Notes: a model not told the origin generated them from the sequence alone. Numbered from the stretch's first letter, positions 13,809 to 24,091 are shown. The stretch: DNA of 64,000 nucleotides from Deinococcota bacterium (GCA_041695225.1 JBGFRI010000004.1:1-64000); one strand, 5' to 3'. A program made the numbers and translations.

Positions 13809-14366
13809 ATGCCGAAGGTAAGGGAAGCTACGCTGGACGAGCTGATGAAAGAGCCTGGCAAGGCCGAACTGGTCAATGGAGAGATTGTTCGTATGCCACC
13901 GACTGGATTTTTACCTGGATTTGCCGCAATGAGGATTTTGTTCAGTTTGTACGAGTATGCTCTTTCCCACAGGAAGGGATACGCGGTGGGCGATAACGTG
14001 GGTTTTGCCGTGGACCTGCCCAAACGCAAAAGCTTTAGTCCAGACGCCGCCTACTATGTGGGTCCGCACTCAGGAATGAAGTTCCTGGAAGGCGCCCCGG
14101 TGTTTGCTGTTGAGGTTCGTAGCGATGCCGACTATGGCAAGAAGGCCGAGAAAGAAATCGCCCAAAAGCGCGCCGATTACTTTGCAGCCGGGACGCTGGT
14201 GGTCTGGGATGTGGATATGCTTGGGGTAGACGTGGTTCGGGTTTACCGTGCCAGCAACCCCCAAACCCCGACCATCTACCGCCGAGGCGACCTGGCCGAG
14301 GCCGAGCCTGCCGTGCCGGGCTGGAAGATGGCAGTTGAAGATTTGTTTCCCTATCACGTTCAGTAG
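13809..14366 (+). CDS. Uma2 (DUF820) family PD-(D/E)xK endonuclease-like protein
   Basis: KAELVNGEIVRMPP, FSPDAAY, PVFAVEVRS, KRADYFAAG, AVPGW; TACACT 6 nt before the ATG. Confidence 0.92.
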   Translation: MPKVREATLDELMKEPGKAELVNGEIVRMPPTGFLPGFAAMRILFSLYEYALSHRKGYAVGDNVGFAVDLPKRKSFSPDAAYYVGPHSGMKFLEGAPVFAVEVRSDADYGKKAEKEIAQKRADYFAAGTLVVWDVDMLGVDVVRVYRASNPQTPTIYRRGDLAEAEPAVPGWKMAVEDLFPYHVQ

Positions 14367-14439
14367 GCTTTATTCCAACCTTACCGGGACAGTATCCCAA
14401 ACAACACGCTGAACGGGTGCTGGTAGCATCAGGCCATAG

Positions 14440-14975
14440 CCCCTACTCGTCATGCCGGCCCTTCGACAGGCACAGGCCCCAAGGCGTACCCGAGGGGGAA
14501 CCCATCCAGATCGCCCCATGCAGCCAGTCTACTTTTACACCGTTCTGGATTGCTTCGTCGGCCTGCGGCCTCCTCGCAAAGACGGGGGGAGCGGGGGCCT
14601 CCTCGCAAAGCAAACCAGTTGCTTGTCAGGTAAATCCCCCCCCGGCCTGCGGCCTTCCCCCTTAGTAAGGGGGGTAGAGGGGGCTTGAGACCCCCTACCA
14701 AGGCCCTAAACCCTTCCCCCCTTAACAAGGGGGGTTGGGGGGATCATTGGAACCCCACCCTACCGCCCAACTCTGTTGACATGCGCGCCTGGCTCGGTGG
14801 CGGCCGATTCGACACCCATTCGGCAGGCTCGGGGCAGGCCCAATCAACAGGCTCAGGGCAAGCTCTGAGATGTAGCAGAAGGGTAGGCAATCCTGATCAC
14901 CCCTGTGGCTAATTGAGTTTACGACCCTCTCCTGGATTGCTTCGTCGGCCTCTGGCCTCCTGGCAGTTACGAAGG
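14440..14975. repeat. mosaic of several REP-like repeat families
   Basis: CTGGATTGCTTCGTCGGCC (twice), CCCCTTAGTAAGGGGG / CCCCTTAACAAGGGGG hairpins, TTCGAC..GGCTCAGGGCAAG. Confidence 0.7.
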
Positions 14976-15119
14976 AGGGGCCGTTGGCCTTGTCTGGGTG
15001 TGCTTCCGGTATACCGTCGTTGGAGAGAAAAGTATAAAACCAGACTACCGAACCGCAAGGCTTTTCAAAAGGCCTTGAGTGGCGTTGGTTTGTGCAGCAA
15101 GCCGCTGGGGTAAGCTGGG

Positions 15120-15554
15120 ATGGTGCGCCTGGAGAGCCTGGAGGACACCCGCCTTTTTGCCCACCGGCTGGCCCAGAGCCTGCCTGAGGGCCTGCTGGTG
15201 CTGCTTACCGGGCCAATGGGGGTGGGCAAGACTACTCTGGTCAAGTTTCTGGCAGAGGCTATGGGGTTTGAGGGCGAAGTGACCAGCCCCACCTACACCC
15301 TGATTCACGAGTACCCCACACCGCAGGGCCTGATTGTGCATATTGATGCGTACCGCATGGCCGATCAGGAAGAGCTGTATCACCTGGGCCTGGAAGACTA
15401 CCTGCCCGAGGCCCGGCTGGTGCTGATTGAGTGGGGCCGGCCCGAGGTGTTTGGGGATAGCCTCGAGATCCGCCTTACCCCAGTGCCCCAAGGTCGTCTG
15501 GTTGCGCTGATTCCTCACGGCAGTGTAGAACATAAACCAATCGGAGGCTGTTAA
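15120..15554 (+). CDS. tsaE: tRNA t6A biosynthesis ATPase TsaE
   Basis: GPMGVGKTT, VTSPTYTLIHEY, HIDAYR, LIEW. Confidence 0.96.
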   Translation: MVRLESLEDTRLFAHRLAQSLPEGLLVLLTGPMGVGKTTLVKFLAEAMGFEGEVTSPTYTLIHEYPTPQGLIVHIDAYRMADQEELYHLGLEDYLPEARLVLIEWGRPEVFGDSLEIRLTPVPQGRLVALIPHGSVEHKPIGGC

Positions 15555-15700
15555 GGCCCGTTTTGGCCGGCTGGCTAACATATACACTGCTCCAGGGGTC
15601 CAACCGATCATACTGGAGATCGAGGCTGCCTGACGATACTAACCCCCCAGATCCATCCGTTTCGATGGGCCGAGGGCCAACCCTAAACTAATGCGCCGTT

Positions 15701-17416
15701 ATGGAACTGATGACCCCCGCCCCCATCCTCGACACCCCGCCAGAGCACCTGCCTACCGGCAACCTGGACATTCACGTAGAGACCAGCCCAAAAGCCCCCT
15801 CGGTCTGGCGCATTGGGGTGGCCTCGCTGGCGCTCTTCGGCCTGCTGGACTGGGTGGGCGAGCCGCTGCTGGAAGTCTCGGGCCGGGGCTGGAAGGTTTC
15901 GCGCCTGGCGGACTGGATTCCGGTCTGGGAGAACGACCACCTCACAGTCACGCTGCTGGCCCCCTACGGTGAACGCGGGCTGGCCCTGCGCCTCGAGCCC
16001 CGCGCACCAGGGCCTATTCAGGTAGCAGGCAACCTGGACTACCTGGGCCTGCGGCGTTTTAAGGAAGAGCGGCTCGAGGCCAGTTTTCGCACCGCGCACG
16101 ACGCCTGGACGGGCAGCTACGTGCTCGAGGCCCGCGCCGAACGAACACTGCTGGCCCTGGGCTTGCAGGCCGAGCCCCCACCCACCCGTATAGACTGGGG
16201 CCAGCAGTTTGTGCTGGAATGGGCGGCTGGCCCGGTCACGCTCTACCTGGGCCTGGCCCCCGAGAGCGATGGCGCCCGCACCACCGCGTTGCACCTGCGG
16301 CGGGTGGGCTGGGAAAAACTGCTGCGCAAAACCCTGCACAAACTGGCGCTTCTGGCCACCAACTATGCTGGCCCGCTCTACCAGGTTTATCGGCGGCATC
16401 TGATTTTCAGCTACTTCTACGCCCAGGCCGATGCCCTGGAAGGCCCGCCGGTTTTGCTCACTTCGCGCAGCCCGCACTACTATGTTTCGGGGGCCTACTG
16501 GGCGCGCGACTTACTGCTATGGTTTTTTCCCGCACTGCTGCGGGCCGACCGTGGGCGGGCCAGGGAGGTACTCGAGGCCGCCTTTAATCGCTACACCCGC
16601 TGGCCGGGAGAGCACGCCCAGTACCTGAGCGGGCCACCGCTGTATCCGGGTTTTGAGCTGGATCAGGCCGCGGCCTATCCGCTGGCCCTGGCCCGCTATC
16701 TGGAGGCCACCGGCCCCAACCCCGAGCTGGTAGCCAGGCTGCGCGAACCGCTGGAATGGGTGTTTGCCAGGGTGGCCGAGGAAAAACACCCTTCGCTCTC
16801 GCTCTACCGCACCTTCCTCTCACCCACCGACGACCCGGTGCCAGAGCCCTACCTGACCTACGACAACGCCTTGTGGTGCGTGGCGCTGGAGCGCCTGGCG
16901 CACTACTGGCCCCAGCCCGAAAGCCTGAGGCTCGAGGCCCGCACCCTGCGCGAGACGCTTTACCGCCAGGCCCAGCGCAACGGGCGCTTTGCCTTTTGCT
17001 TCGAGCCGGGGGGCAGCTACACCTTTTCCGATGAACCCGCGGGCAGCCTGCTGCTGCTGCCACATCTGGGCTTCTGCAACCGCCAGGACCCGGTCTGGCA
17101 GTCCACCGCGCTGTGGATTTTGGGCGGCGAGAACCCGCACCACTACAAAGGGCGCTTTCCCGGCGAGGGCTCGGCACACTTTCCCTTCCCCTCGGGGTTT
17201 GGTCTGGCCAACCGGGTTTTGTCGGGGCTAATGCGCCCCGCGGCCGACGCGCTGATTACCCTCGAGCAGGCCCCTTTGGACCGGGGTTACGCCTGCGAGT
17301 CGTTCGACCCCCAGACCGGCCAGGCCCGCACCGGGGTGGGGTTTGCGGCCCTGGCAGGCTTTGTGGCTTATGCGCTTTCGGCGGGCAAGGAGATTAAACC
17401 GCCCACGCCTAGCTAA
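15701..17416 (+). CDS. putative six-hairpin glycosidase (GH125/GH15-like)
   Basis: YWARD, FELDQ, TDDP, SDEPAGSLLLLP and ACESFD motifs typical of (alpha/alpha)6 glycosidases. Confidence 0.7.
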   Translation: MELMTPAPILDTPPEHLPTGNLDIHVETSPKAPSVWRIGVASLALFGLLDWVGEPLLEVSGRGWKVSRLADWIPVWENDHLTVTLLAPYGERGLALRLEPRAPGPIQVAGNLDYLGLRRFKEERLEASFRTAHDAWTGSYVLEARAERTLLALGLQAEPPPTRIDWGQQFVLEWAAGPVTLYLGLAPESDGARTTALHLRRVGWEKLLRKTLHKLALLATNYAGPLYQVYRRHLIFSYFYAQADALEGPPVLLTSRSPHYYVSGAYWARDLLLWFFPALLRADRGRAREVLEAAFNRYTRWPGEHAQYLSGPPLYPGFELDQAAAYPLALARYLEATGPNPELVARLREPLEWVFARVAEEKHPSLSLYRTFLSPTDDPVPEPYLTYDNALWCVALERLAHYWPQPESLRLEARTLRETLYRQAQRNGRFAFCFEPGGSYTFSDEPAGSLLLLPHLGFCNRQDPVWQSTALWILGGENPHHYKGRFPGEGSAHFPFPSGFGLANRVLSGLMRPAADALITLEQAPLDRGYACESFDPQTGQARTGVGFAALAGFVAYALSAGKEIKPPTPS

Positions 17417-17447
17417 GCACCAGATACATGTCCCGAACGGCACTGCT

Positions 17448-17558
17448 TGTCGCGGGTCGCGAGTCGCAAGCCAATAAAGACCTGTGACCTGCGACCCGAG
17501 ACTTGCGATCCGTGACCCGTGACCTTCGACCTTCGACCCTGGACCCTCGACCTGCGAC
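17448..17558. repeat. heptamer tandem array (GACCTGC/GACCTTC units, inverted arms)
   Basis: 7-nt periodic GTCGCGA then GACCCGT/GACCTTC units between convergent genes. Confidence 0.7.
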
Positions 17559-19373
17559 CTATTCCACCGTCACGCTCTTGGCCAGGTTCCGGGGCTGATC
17601 CACGTCGCGTCCCAAAAACACCGCCGTTTCGTAAGCCAGCAGTTGCAGCGGCACCACGCTCACCACGGGGGCCAGCAGGTGGTGGGTTTTGGGCACATAG
17701 ATCACATCCTGGGCAAACTTTTTAATCTCGCCGTCGCCCTGGCTGGCCACCGCTATCACCCGCCCTCCTCTGGCCCGCACTTCCTGTATGTTAGAGACCG
17801 TCTTTTCGTAGAAGGGGCTGGCAGTGGATAGCACTACCACTGGCAGGCGCTCGTCAATCAGGGCGATGGGGCCGTGCTTCATCTCGCCTGCGGGGTAGGC
17901 CTCGGCGTGGATGTAACTGATCTCCTTTAGCTTCAGGGCGCCTTCATAGGCGGTGGGGGCCTGGATGTGCCGCCCCAGAAACAGATAGTCCTGGGCCTGG
18001 TGGTACTTCTCGGCGATGTGGGCGATATGCGGGCGCTCGTCGAGCATCTCTTCCACCTGCCGGGGTAGCTTGCGCATCTCGCTCAGGAATTCCCGAGTTG
18101 TTGCTTCGTCCAGTGTGCCCCTGGCCCGGCCCATCCAGACCGCCAGCATTCCCATGGCAGCCAGCATGGCAATGTAGGCCTTGGTGGAAGCTACGCCAAT
18201 CTCTGGCCCGGCGTGGATGTAGAGGGTATCGTCTACCTCGCGGGTAATGCTGCTGCCCTTGGCATTAATCACGCCCAGTGTACCTGCCCCTTTGCGCTTT
18301 GCTTCCCTTACAGCTTCCAGGGTATCAATGGTCTCGCCCGACTGGCTGATGCAGATGCACAGGGTTTTTTCGTCCACCACGGGGTCGCGGTAGCGGTACT
18401 CCGAGGCCACGTCCACCTCTACCGGTATGCGGGCCAGGGCCTCGAGCAGGTACTTCCCCACCCAGCCTGCGTAGAAAGCAGTGCCGCAGGCCACGATGTG
18501 AATCTTGTCGTAGTGGACGGGGTTCAGCGCCAGCCCCAGCTCCACGCCCGCCTCTTCTTCGTGCAGCCTGCCACCCAGGGTGTTTTCCAGCACCCGGGGC
18601 TGCTCGTAAATTTCCTTGAGCATGTAGTGGGGGTGTCCGCCCTTTTCGGCTGCTTCCAGGCTCCAGTCCACCGTCACTACTTCTCGCTCTACCGGGTTGC
18701 CAGCCAGGTCGGTCACGCTCACGCCCTCGCGGGTCACCACCGCCATATCGCCGTCGTGCAGGAAAATAACGCGGCGGGTATAGGGTAGCAGCGCCGGAAC
18801 ATCCGAGGCCACAAAGTTTTCTCCTTCGCCCAGTCCAATCACCAGTGGGCTTACCGTGCGGGCCACCACCATCTCGGGGTGGTTCTGGTGGGTTACTACC
18901 AGGGCGTAGGCTCCGTAGGCTTCCGAAAGGGCCATGCGCACTGCATCGGTCAGGCTGCCGCGGTACTTTTCCTCGATCAGGTGGGCCAGTACCTCCGAGT
19001 CGGTGTCCGAGCTGAAGGTATGCCCCCTGGCAATTAGCCCCTCTTTGAGCGGCAGGTAGTTTTCGATGATGCCGTTGTGGATTACCGCGATCTCGCCATT
19101 CTCGGTCAGGTGGGGGTGGGCGTTGGGGTCGGTTGGAGCGCCGTGCGTGGCCCAGCGGGTGTGCCCTACCCCGGTGTGACCGCTAAGACGATGCTCTTTC
19201 AGGGCATCGGCCAGCACCTGAAGTTTTCCGGCTTTCTTGACCACCTCGAGCTCCCCATTTACCTGTACCGCAATTCCGGCGGAGTCGTACCCCCGGTACT
19301 CCAGACGCTTTAGCCCGTCCAGAATTACTTCCGACGCGTCACGAAAACCTACATATCCCACGATTCCACACAT
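17559..19373 (-). CDS. glmS: glutamine--fructose-6-phosphate transaminase
   Basis: MCGIVGY start (Cys1), EYRGYDSAG, HTRWATHG, SQSGET, PRNLAKSVTVE end. Confidence 0.99.
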   Translation of the reverse strand: MCGIVGYVGFRDASEVILDGLKRLEYRGYDSAGIAVQVNGELEVVKKAGKLQVLADALKEHRLSGHTGVGHTRWATHGAPTDPNAHPHLTENGEIAVIHNGIIENYLPLKEGLIARGHTFSSDTDSEVLAHLIEEKYRGSLTDAVRMALSEAYGAYALVVTHQNHPEMVVARTVSPLVIGLGEGENFVASDVPALLPYTRRVIFLHDGDMAVVTREGVSVTDLAGNPVEREVVTVDWSLEAAEKGGHPHYMLKEIYEQPRVLENTLGGRLHEEEAGVELGLALNPVHYDKIHIVACGTAFYAGWVGKYLLEALARIPVEVDVASEYRYRDPVVDEKTLCICISQSGETIDTLEAVREAKRKGAGTLGVINAKGSSITREVDDTLYIHAGPEIGVASTKAYIAMLAAMGMLAVWMGRARGTLDEATTREFLSEMRKLPRQVEEMLDERPHIAHIAEKYHQAQDYLFLGRHIQAPTAYEGALKLKEISYIHAEAYPAGEMKHGPIALIDERLPVVVLSTASPFYEKTVSNIQEVRARGGRVIAVASQGDGEIKKFAQDVIYVPKTHHLLAPVVSVVPLQLLAYETAVFLGRDVDQPRNLAKSVTVE

Positions 19374-19584
19374 ATCTCGACCTCTCAATCTTATGCTCCC
19401 AGAAGTCTGGCTGCACCGGGCAACCCCCGAACCAAGCTTAACCAAATCTTTAGCCGACCGATCCAAATTTTGCGTCACGCCGAAGCCGCCTTGCCTTGTG
19501 CACGGGCAGACTGATGCCAGCAGTCTCGGCCTACTGGCTATGGCTGCTGTCTTGTGCTGGGCCTAGTATTCTGCGTCACTTATT

Positions 19585-19889
19585 GAACCCTACTCCCTGG
19601 TTGTCCAGCGCTCGCGCATCTGGCTTTCCCTAAAGAGCTTGCCCGGCCCCAGACCAGTGGGCCGGTGGAGAGGGAGGGGTTCGCTCCCTGGCGGCATCCG
19701 CGGAATTTCGATTTTTGCAGTCAGGCTTTGCCCAGGCAGTTGGTGGCTGCTACCTCGTGCTGGGCGCAATTCCCAGTTTATCCCCAACAGCTCACCTGGC
19801 CAGACCCTGGCAGGAATCACCTGTCTGCTTATCTTTATCAGACCGCCTCCTCGTAAGGTAAAAAGGCTTGCCCGTTTACCCCCTGCGCT
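19585..19889 (-). ncRNA. glmS ribozyme (GlcN6P riboswitch) with a large internal insertion
   Basis: A/GCGCAGG cleavage segment, P1 GGGGTAAA..TTTACCTT, ACGAGG, P2 GGCGG/CCGCC, ATCGAAATTCCGCGGATG, P3 AGGGAG/CTCCCT whose loop GAACCC pairs with a distal GGGTTC, P4 with GAAA..ACAA. Confidence 0.85.
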
Positions 19890-19976
19890 CCTCACTTGTG
19901 AGCTAACCCTCCTTTCCGGGGCCAGTTCAAACCCCCAGTCATTGTACGGCTTTTTCGTCTGGTGGGGTTTTCATAC

Positions 19977-20006
19977 TTGACATCCCGGCAGGCACACCGG
20001 TATGAT
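19977..20006 (+). promoter_or_regulatory. near-consensus sigma70 promoter of the S-layer gene (implies a ~195-nt 5' UTR)
   Basis: TTGACA-18 nt-TATGAT; GAGGAGG RBS before the ATG at 20207. Confidence 0.8.
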
Positions 20007-20206
20007 GCCCCACGGATGTGCAAGGTGAGAGGTTCTTGAGCCCTGTGAGTTTGGGGTTACCTTTTGCCCGGCGTCCGTTGCGGATGTAAAGGATTTTCGG
20101 GAGAGGAAACACGGCAACTCGCCCCATAACAAAATCCTGCACCTCCGCAAGATTGGGTTCTCGTGGGTGTCCATCTGGACGCAACATGAGAGTTTGAGGA
20201 GGCAGA

Positions 20207-22918
20207 ATGAAGAAGAAGATAGTAGTTTATTTGGCAGGGTTGCTGACCGTGCTCGGTTTAGGCTTCGGTCAGGCTCAGTTCGCCGACGTTCCCGCCGGAC
20301 ACTGGGCCAGAGAAGCCGTCGAGCGCATCGCAGCCGCAGGCCTCATCACGGGCTTCCCCGACGGAACTTTCCGTGGTGATACCAACCTGACCCGCTACCA
20401 GGCTGCACTGATCTTCCACCGCCTGCTGACCCAGCTAGAGGAGCGGCCCGTAGCGATCGCCCCCGAAGACCTGGTAGTCATCCGCAACGCCGTGCAGGAA
20501 GTGGCTGCCGAGCTTGCCGCGCTGGGTGTGCGCGTCACCGCCCTGGAAGACAACGCCGCCACCAGGGATGACATTGCCCGCCTCGAGGCCGCCATCGAAG
20601 AGGTGAAAAAGGCCATTCCCGAGCCCGGGGTAGACGCCGCCGCCCTGGCCGACCTGGCCGACCGGGTAGAAGCCGCCTCGGTAGCAGCCGACACCGCCCT
20701 GGCCCAGGCCCAGGCCCTGGCCGAGCGCCTGGATGCCGTAGAAGGTGATGTGGCCGCCCTCGAGACCAACGTCGAAGCCAACGCCGATAGCATCCGCGCC
20801 CTCAACGAGCTGGCCGTGCTCCTCAACCAGGACGTACTCTCGCTGCAAGACCGCGTAACCGCCGTCGAGAAGCGCCTGGGCGAAATTGACTTCGACGCCT
20901 TTGCCGAGCGCGAAGACGTGAGCGCCGTCCAGGAGTTCGCCACCGCCCTGCGGGCCGACCTGGTGCGCCTCTCCGACCGCGTTAGCGCCCTCGACACCCG
21001 CGTAGGCGCCATTGACACCCGCCTTACCGCTGTGGAAGGCAACCGCCCCACCCTGACCGGAAGCCTTGCTGTTCGCTATGGCTGGCGCATCAACACCGGT
21101 GCGGTTCCCGGCTTGAACTTCGACGTTGACCGCCTCTTCCCCGGTATGGGCTTTGCCGGTGGCGATGTTACTGCTGGAGACACGGTCAGCCAGGCGGACA
21201 CCGGCATTACCGGTGCCCTGACCTTCACCGTGCGCCGCGCTCCTGGCGTGACTGCCGGCTTTAACTTCAGCGACGCCAGCGTCAGCCTGGGTGGGTTGTT
21301 TGTTGGTAACGTAGGTGATATTCAAAACACCACAACCATCCACATCAGTGGCTTTGCTGTCAATGGCAACATTGACGGCCAGCCGGTGACCATGCGCTTC
21401 TCCAACGCGAACACCTGGCGCTTCACCCCCTACTTCATGAACAACGTAGCATCAGCGGTTGGACAGGGTGTACTGGTGACCGCCAGCCTGACCCGGGCCC
21501 CGCTATCGCCTAGCGTCAGCGTGGTGCTCGGCAGCACCGCTGGTGGCACAACGGCTGCTAGTGACGATTATTTCGGAATCCGTAACCGGGTTAGCCTGGC
21601 TGGTCTGAATGTGGGTGTGAACTACGCCGAAACCAATCTGGTTGGTGGCACTGCTGGTCATCCCCGCCGCAGCCTGGTGGGCCTCGACTACGATGGCACC
21701 CTGCTGGGTTTCCTCAGGCTCGATGGCGAGCTGATCCGCTCGACCCGGCTTGCCGACCCACTGGTAGATGGCGACAACCCAGACACCTTGTTCTTCACCC
21801 AGGCTGGCTTTAGCCTTGGCCCAGTCGCGCTGCGTCTCAACTACCGGGCTATTGACCCTGCCTTTGCTACCGCCAACTGGGGCGGTGTAACCACCGTAGC
21901 TGCCGGCCTCTCGCGCGACGCCACCGACCGCATGTTCGACCCTGCCCTTGCTGGCACTGGCTTCGGTGTGATCGGTAGTATTCCCCTCGGCTTCATGACG
22001 CTGAACGGCTACTTCGACAGCAAGAGTGACTTCTTCACCCTGGCCAACGCCCAGTCTGCCCTCGGAGTGGGTGCCACCCTGCCACTGTTTGCTGGCTTCA
22101 CCCTGACCGGCTACTGGAACAGTCTGACGATCGGCGGAACCACCACCTACGCTGTCGCCAGCCCCTACGCTGCTGCCCATGCCCCCGCTACCCGCGCTTC
22201 ATTTGGTAACCGCTTTGGGGTACGGCTGGCCCACGACGGTGCTGCTCCCGCAGCCCTGATCAGAGGCCTGGGCCTGGCCCTGGAGTACCGTGGGGCTAGT
22301 GGTACCAGGGCTACCGATACTCCAGGTGCACCAACCACCGATATCGTCGTTGAAGCCACCTACGCACTGCCGGTGGGCTTCCTCACCCTGACCCCCAACT
22401 TCCGTTACCACGGCTTCACCGGGGCTGCCACCGCGCTTGAGCCCAACCACACCACCATCAAGTGGGGTCTCCAGGCCACCACCACCCCGCTCTTCTTCGG
22501 CATCAGCCTGAGTGGTGGGTTTGCTCAGCGTAGCACCGACTTTGCTACCGGCACCGATGCTGCCGAGACTGCTATACGCGCTGGCTTGAGCGTGGCCAAC
22601 TTCCTCCTGCCGGGCGCCACCCTGGGTGTTAACGTTGCTCAAGTCACTGGCACAGGCGTGGGCGCGTTCGCTCTGGGTGATTCAAACGATATCTTTACCG
22701 TCACCGCTAACCGGCTGTTCGACGGTCCCAGCGCTGCCTTCGGGCCCATGACCCCGGCAACTGGCGATGGCGGCGTGCGCGGCTTCCTGGTCACCTACAC
22801 CTACGCAGGCTGGGGCATCTGGCTTGGCCAGTTCGACCTCGACAGCGACTCCACCAGCTTCACGACTCTGGAAGGCATCAACCGCAGCTTCCGCATCTTC
22901 TACACCCTCAGCTTCTAA
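20207..22918 (+). CDS. slpA: S-layer protein (SLH domain, coiled coil, beta-barrel)
   Basis: Signal peptide, FADVPAGHWA..GFPDGTFRG..LTRYQAA SLH domain, long coiled coil, beta-rich C-terminus ending in Phe; divergent from glmS as in Thermus. Confidence 0.93.
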   Translation: MKKKIVVYLAGLLTVLGLGFGQAQFADVPAGHWAREAVERIAAAGLITGFPDGTFRGDTNLTRYQAALIFHRLLTQLEERPVAIAPEDLVVIRNAVQEVAAELAALGVRVTALEDNAATRDDIARLEAAIEEVKKAIPEPGVDAAALADLADRVEAASVAADTALAQAQALAERLDAVEGDVAALETNVEANADSIRALNELAVLLNQDVLSLQDRVTAVEKRLGEIDFDAFAEREDVSAVQEFATALRADLVRLSDRVSALDTRVGAIDTRLTAVEGNRPTLTGSLAVRYGWRINTGAVPGLNFDVDRLFPGMGFAGGDVTAGDTVSQADTGITGALTFTVRRAPGVTAGFNFSDASVSLGGLFVGNVGDIQNTTTIHISGFAVNGNIDGQPVTMRFSNANTWRFTPYFMNNVASAVGQGVLVTASLTRAPLSPSVSVVLGSTAGGTTAASDDYFGIRNRVSLAGLNVGVNYAETNLVGGTAGHPRRSLVGLDYDGTLLGFLRLDGELIRSTRLADPLVDGDNPDTLFFTQAGFSLGPVALRLNYRAIDPAFATANWGGVTTVAAGLSRDATDRMFDPALAGTGFGVIGSIPLGFMTLNGYFDSKSDFFTLANAQSALGVGATLPLFAGFTLTGYWNSLTIGGTTTYAVASPYAAAHAPATRASFGNRFGVRLAHDGAAPAALIRGLGLALEYRGASGTRATDTPGAPTTDIVVEATYALPVGFLTLTPNFRYHGFTGAATALEPNHTTIKWGLQATTTPLFFGISLSGGFAQRSTDFATGTDAAETAIRAGLSVANFLLPGATLGVNVAQVTGTGVGAFALGDSNDIFTVTANRLFDGPSAAFGPMTPATGDGGVRGFLVTYTYAGWGIWLGQFDLDSDSTSFTTLEGINRSFRIFYTLSF

Positions 22919-22934
22919 GCACAAGCAAAGCTTC

Positions 22935-22963
22935 GACTCCCCGCCCGAAAGGGTGGGGTTTTG
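22935..22963 (+). terminator. intrinsic terminator of slpA
   Basis: CCCCGCCC-GAAA-GGGTGGGG followed by TTTTGT. Confidence 0.8.
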
Positions 22964-22964
22964 T

Positions 22965-23830
22965 AATCCCCCCTGCCCCCCTTTAGCAAGGGGGGAAAGA
23001 AAGTGGTGCCTTAGCAAGGGGGGAAAGTAATCGGAGTCTTTAGCAAAGGGGGGGAGTAAATGGTGCCTTAGCAGGGGGCATCGCCTCTGCCCCCCTTAAC
23101 AAGGGGGGTTGGGGGGATCAAGCTCTGCCCCAGCCCACAGCGCGCCCATCTGCAAAGGGCCAATCCCCCCGGCCTGCGGCCACCCCCCTTATTAAGGGGG
23201 GAAGGCAGGGTTTGCCCCCCTTAATAAGGGGGGTTGGGGGGATTTGTATTTTCACGCACCCTACATACCTATGTGCCCATGTGTAGCCAACTCTTTATCA
23301 ACGAGACATTGCCTTTGTCCCTTTAACAAAGAGACAACGCCTTTGCCCCCGTTAGCAAAGTGGTTGGGGGGTTCAAGCGCTCCCCCGGCCCACAGCCTTC
23401 CCACCTGCGAAGGGCCAATCCCCCCGGCCTGCGCCCACCCCCCTTATTAAGGGGGGAAGGCAGGGTTTGCCCCCCTTAATAAGGGGGGTTGGGGGGATTT
23501 GTATTTTCACGCACCCTACATACCTATGTGCCCATGTGTAGCCAACTCTTTATCAACGAGACATTGCCTTTGTCCCTTTAACAAAGAGACAACGCCTTTG
23601 CCCCCGTTAGCAAAGTGGTTGGGGGGTTCAAGCGCTCCCCCGGCCCACAGCCTTCCCACCTGCGAAGGGCCAATCCCCCCGGCCTGCGCCCACCCCCCTT
23701 ATTAAGGGGGGTGGGCGGGGTGTGCCCCCTTAACAAAAGGGGGGAAAGTAATTGGAGCCTGAGCAAAGGGAGGGACAGAAAAATGGTGCCTTAGCAAAGG
23801 GGACATTGCTTTTTGCTCCCCTTATCAAGG
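22965..23830. repeat. array of CCCCCTTARYAAGGGGG hairpin repeats including a 255-bp tandem duplication
   Basis: AAGGGCCAATCCCCCCGGCCTGCG at 23155, 23410 and 23665; identical 68-aa spurious ORFs at 23244 and 23499. Confidence 0.9.
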
Positions 23831-24091
23831 TTCAGGCTATGCGCATGAGGCCCCAGATACACGCACATTCCACCGTCATTTTTCTGGTCCCCTGCTGGTG
23901 CTGGTTTTTTGAGCGGTTTGCCTGGCGGTAGCGCTGTTACCTGAACACAAGGCATCAGCAGCATAAACCAGGCAACGCTTGGCCACACACCAGCCGTGGC
24001 GAAGGCTGCCAGTGGAGCCATGGAATATAAACTCGCCCTGCGGTGTTTTTTTGCTGCTACACCGGTCAGGCCCGCGAAAGATAGTCTTTGG

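Noticed and set aside
19374..19478. N-terminal extension of GlmS in the ORF track
   Set aside because: GlmS needs Cys at the mature N-terminus, so MCGIVGY at 19373 is the start.
22965..23830. Possible CRISPR array or duplicated 68-aa genes
   Set aside because: Repeats vary in length and spacing, the intervening sequence is itself duplicated, no cas genes are present, and the ORFs are repeat translations.
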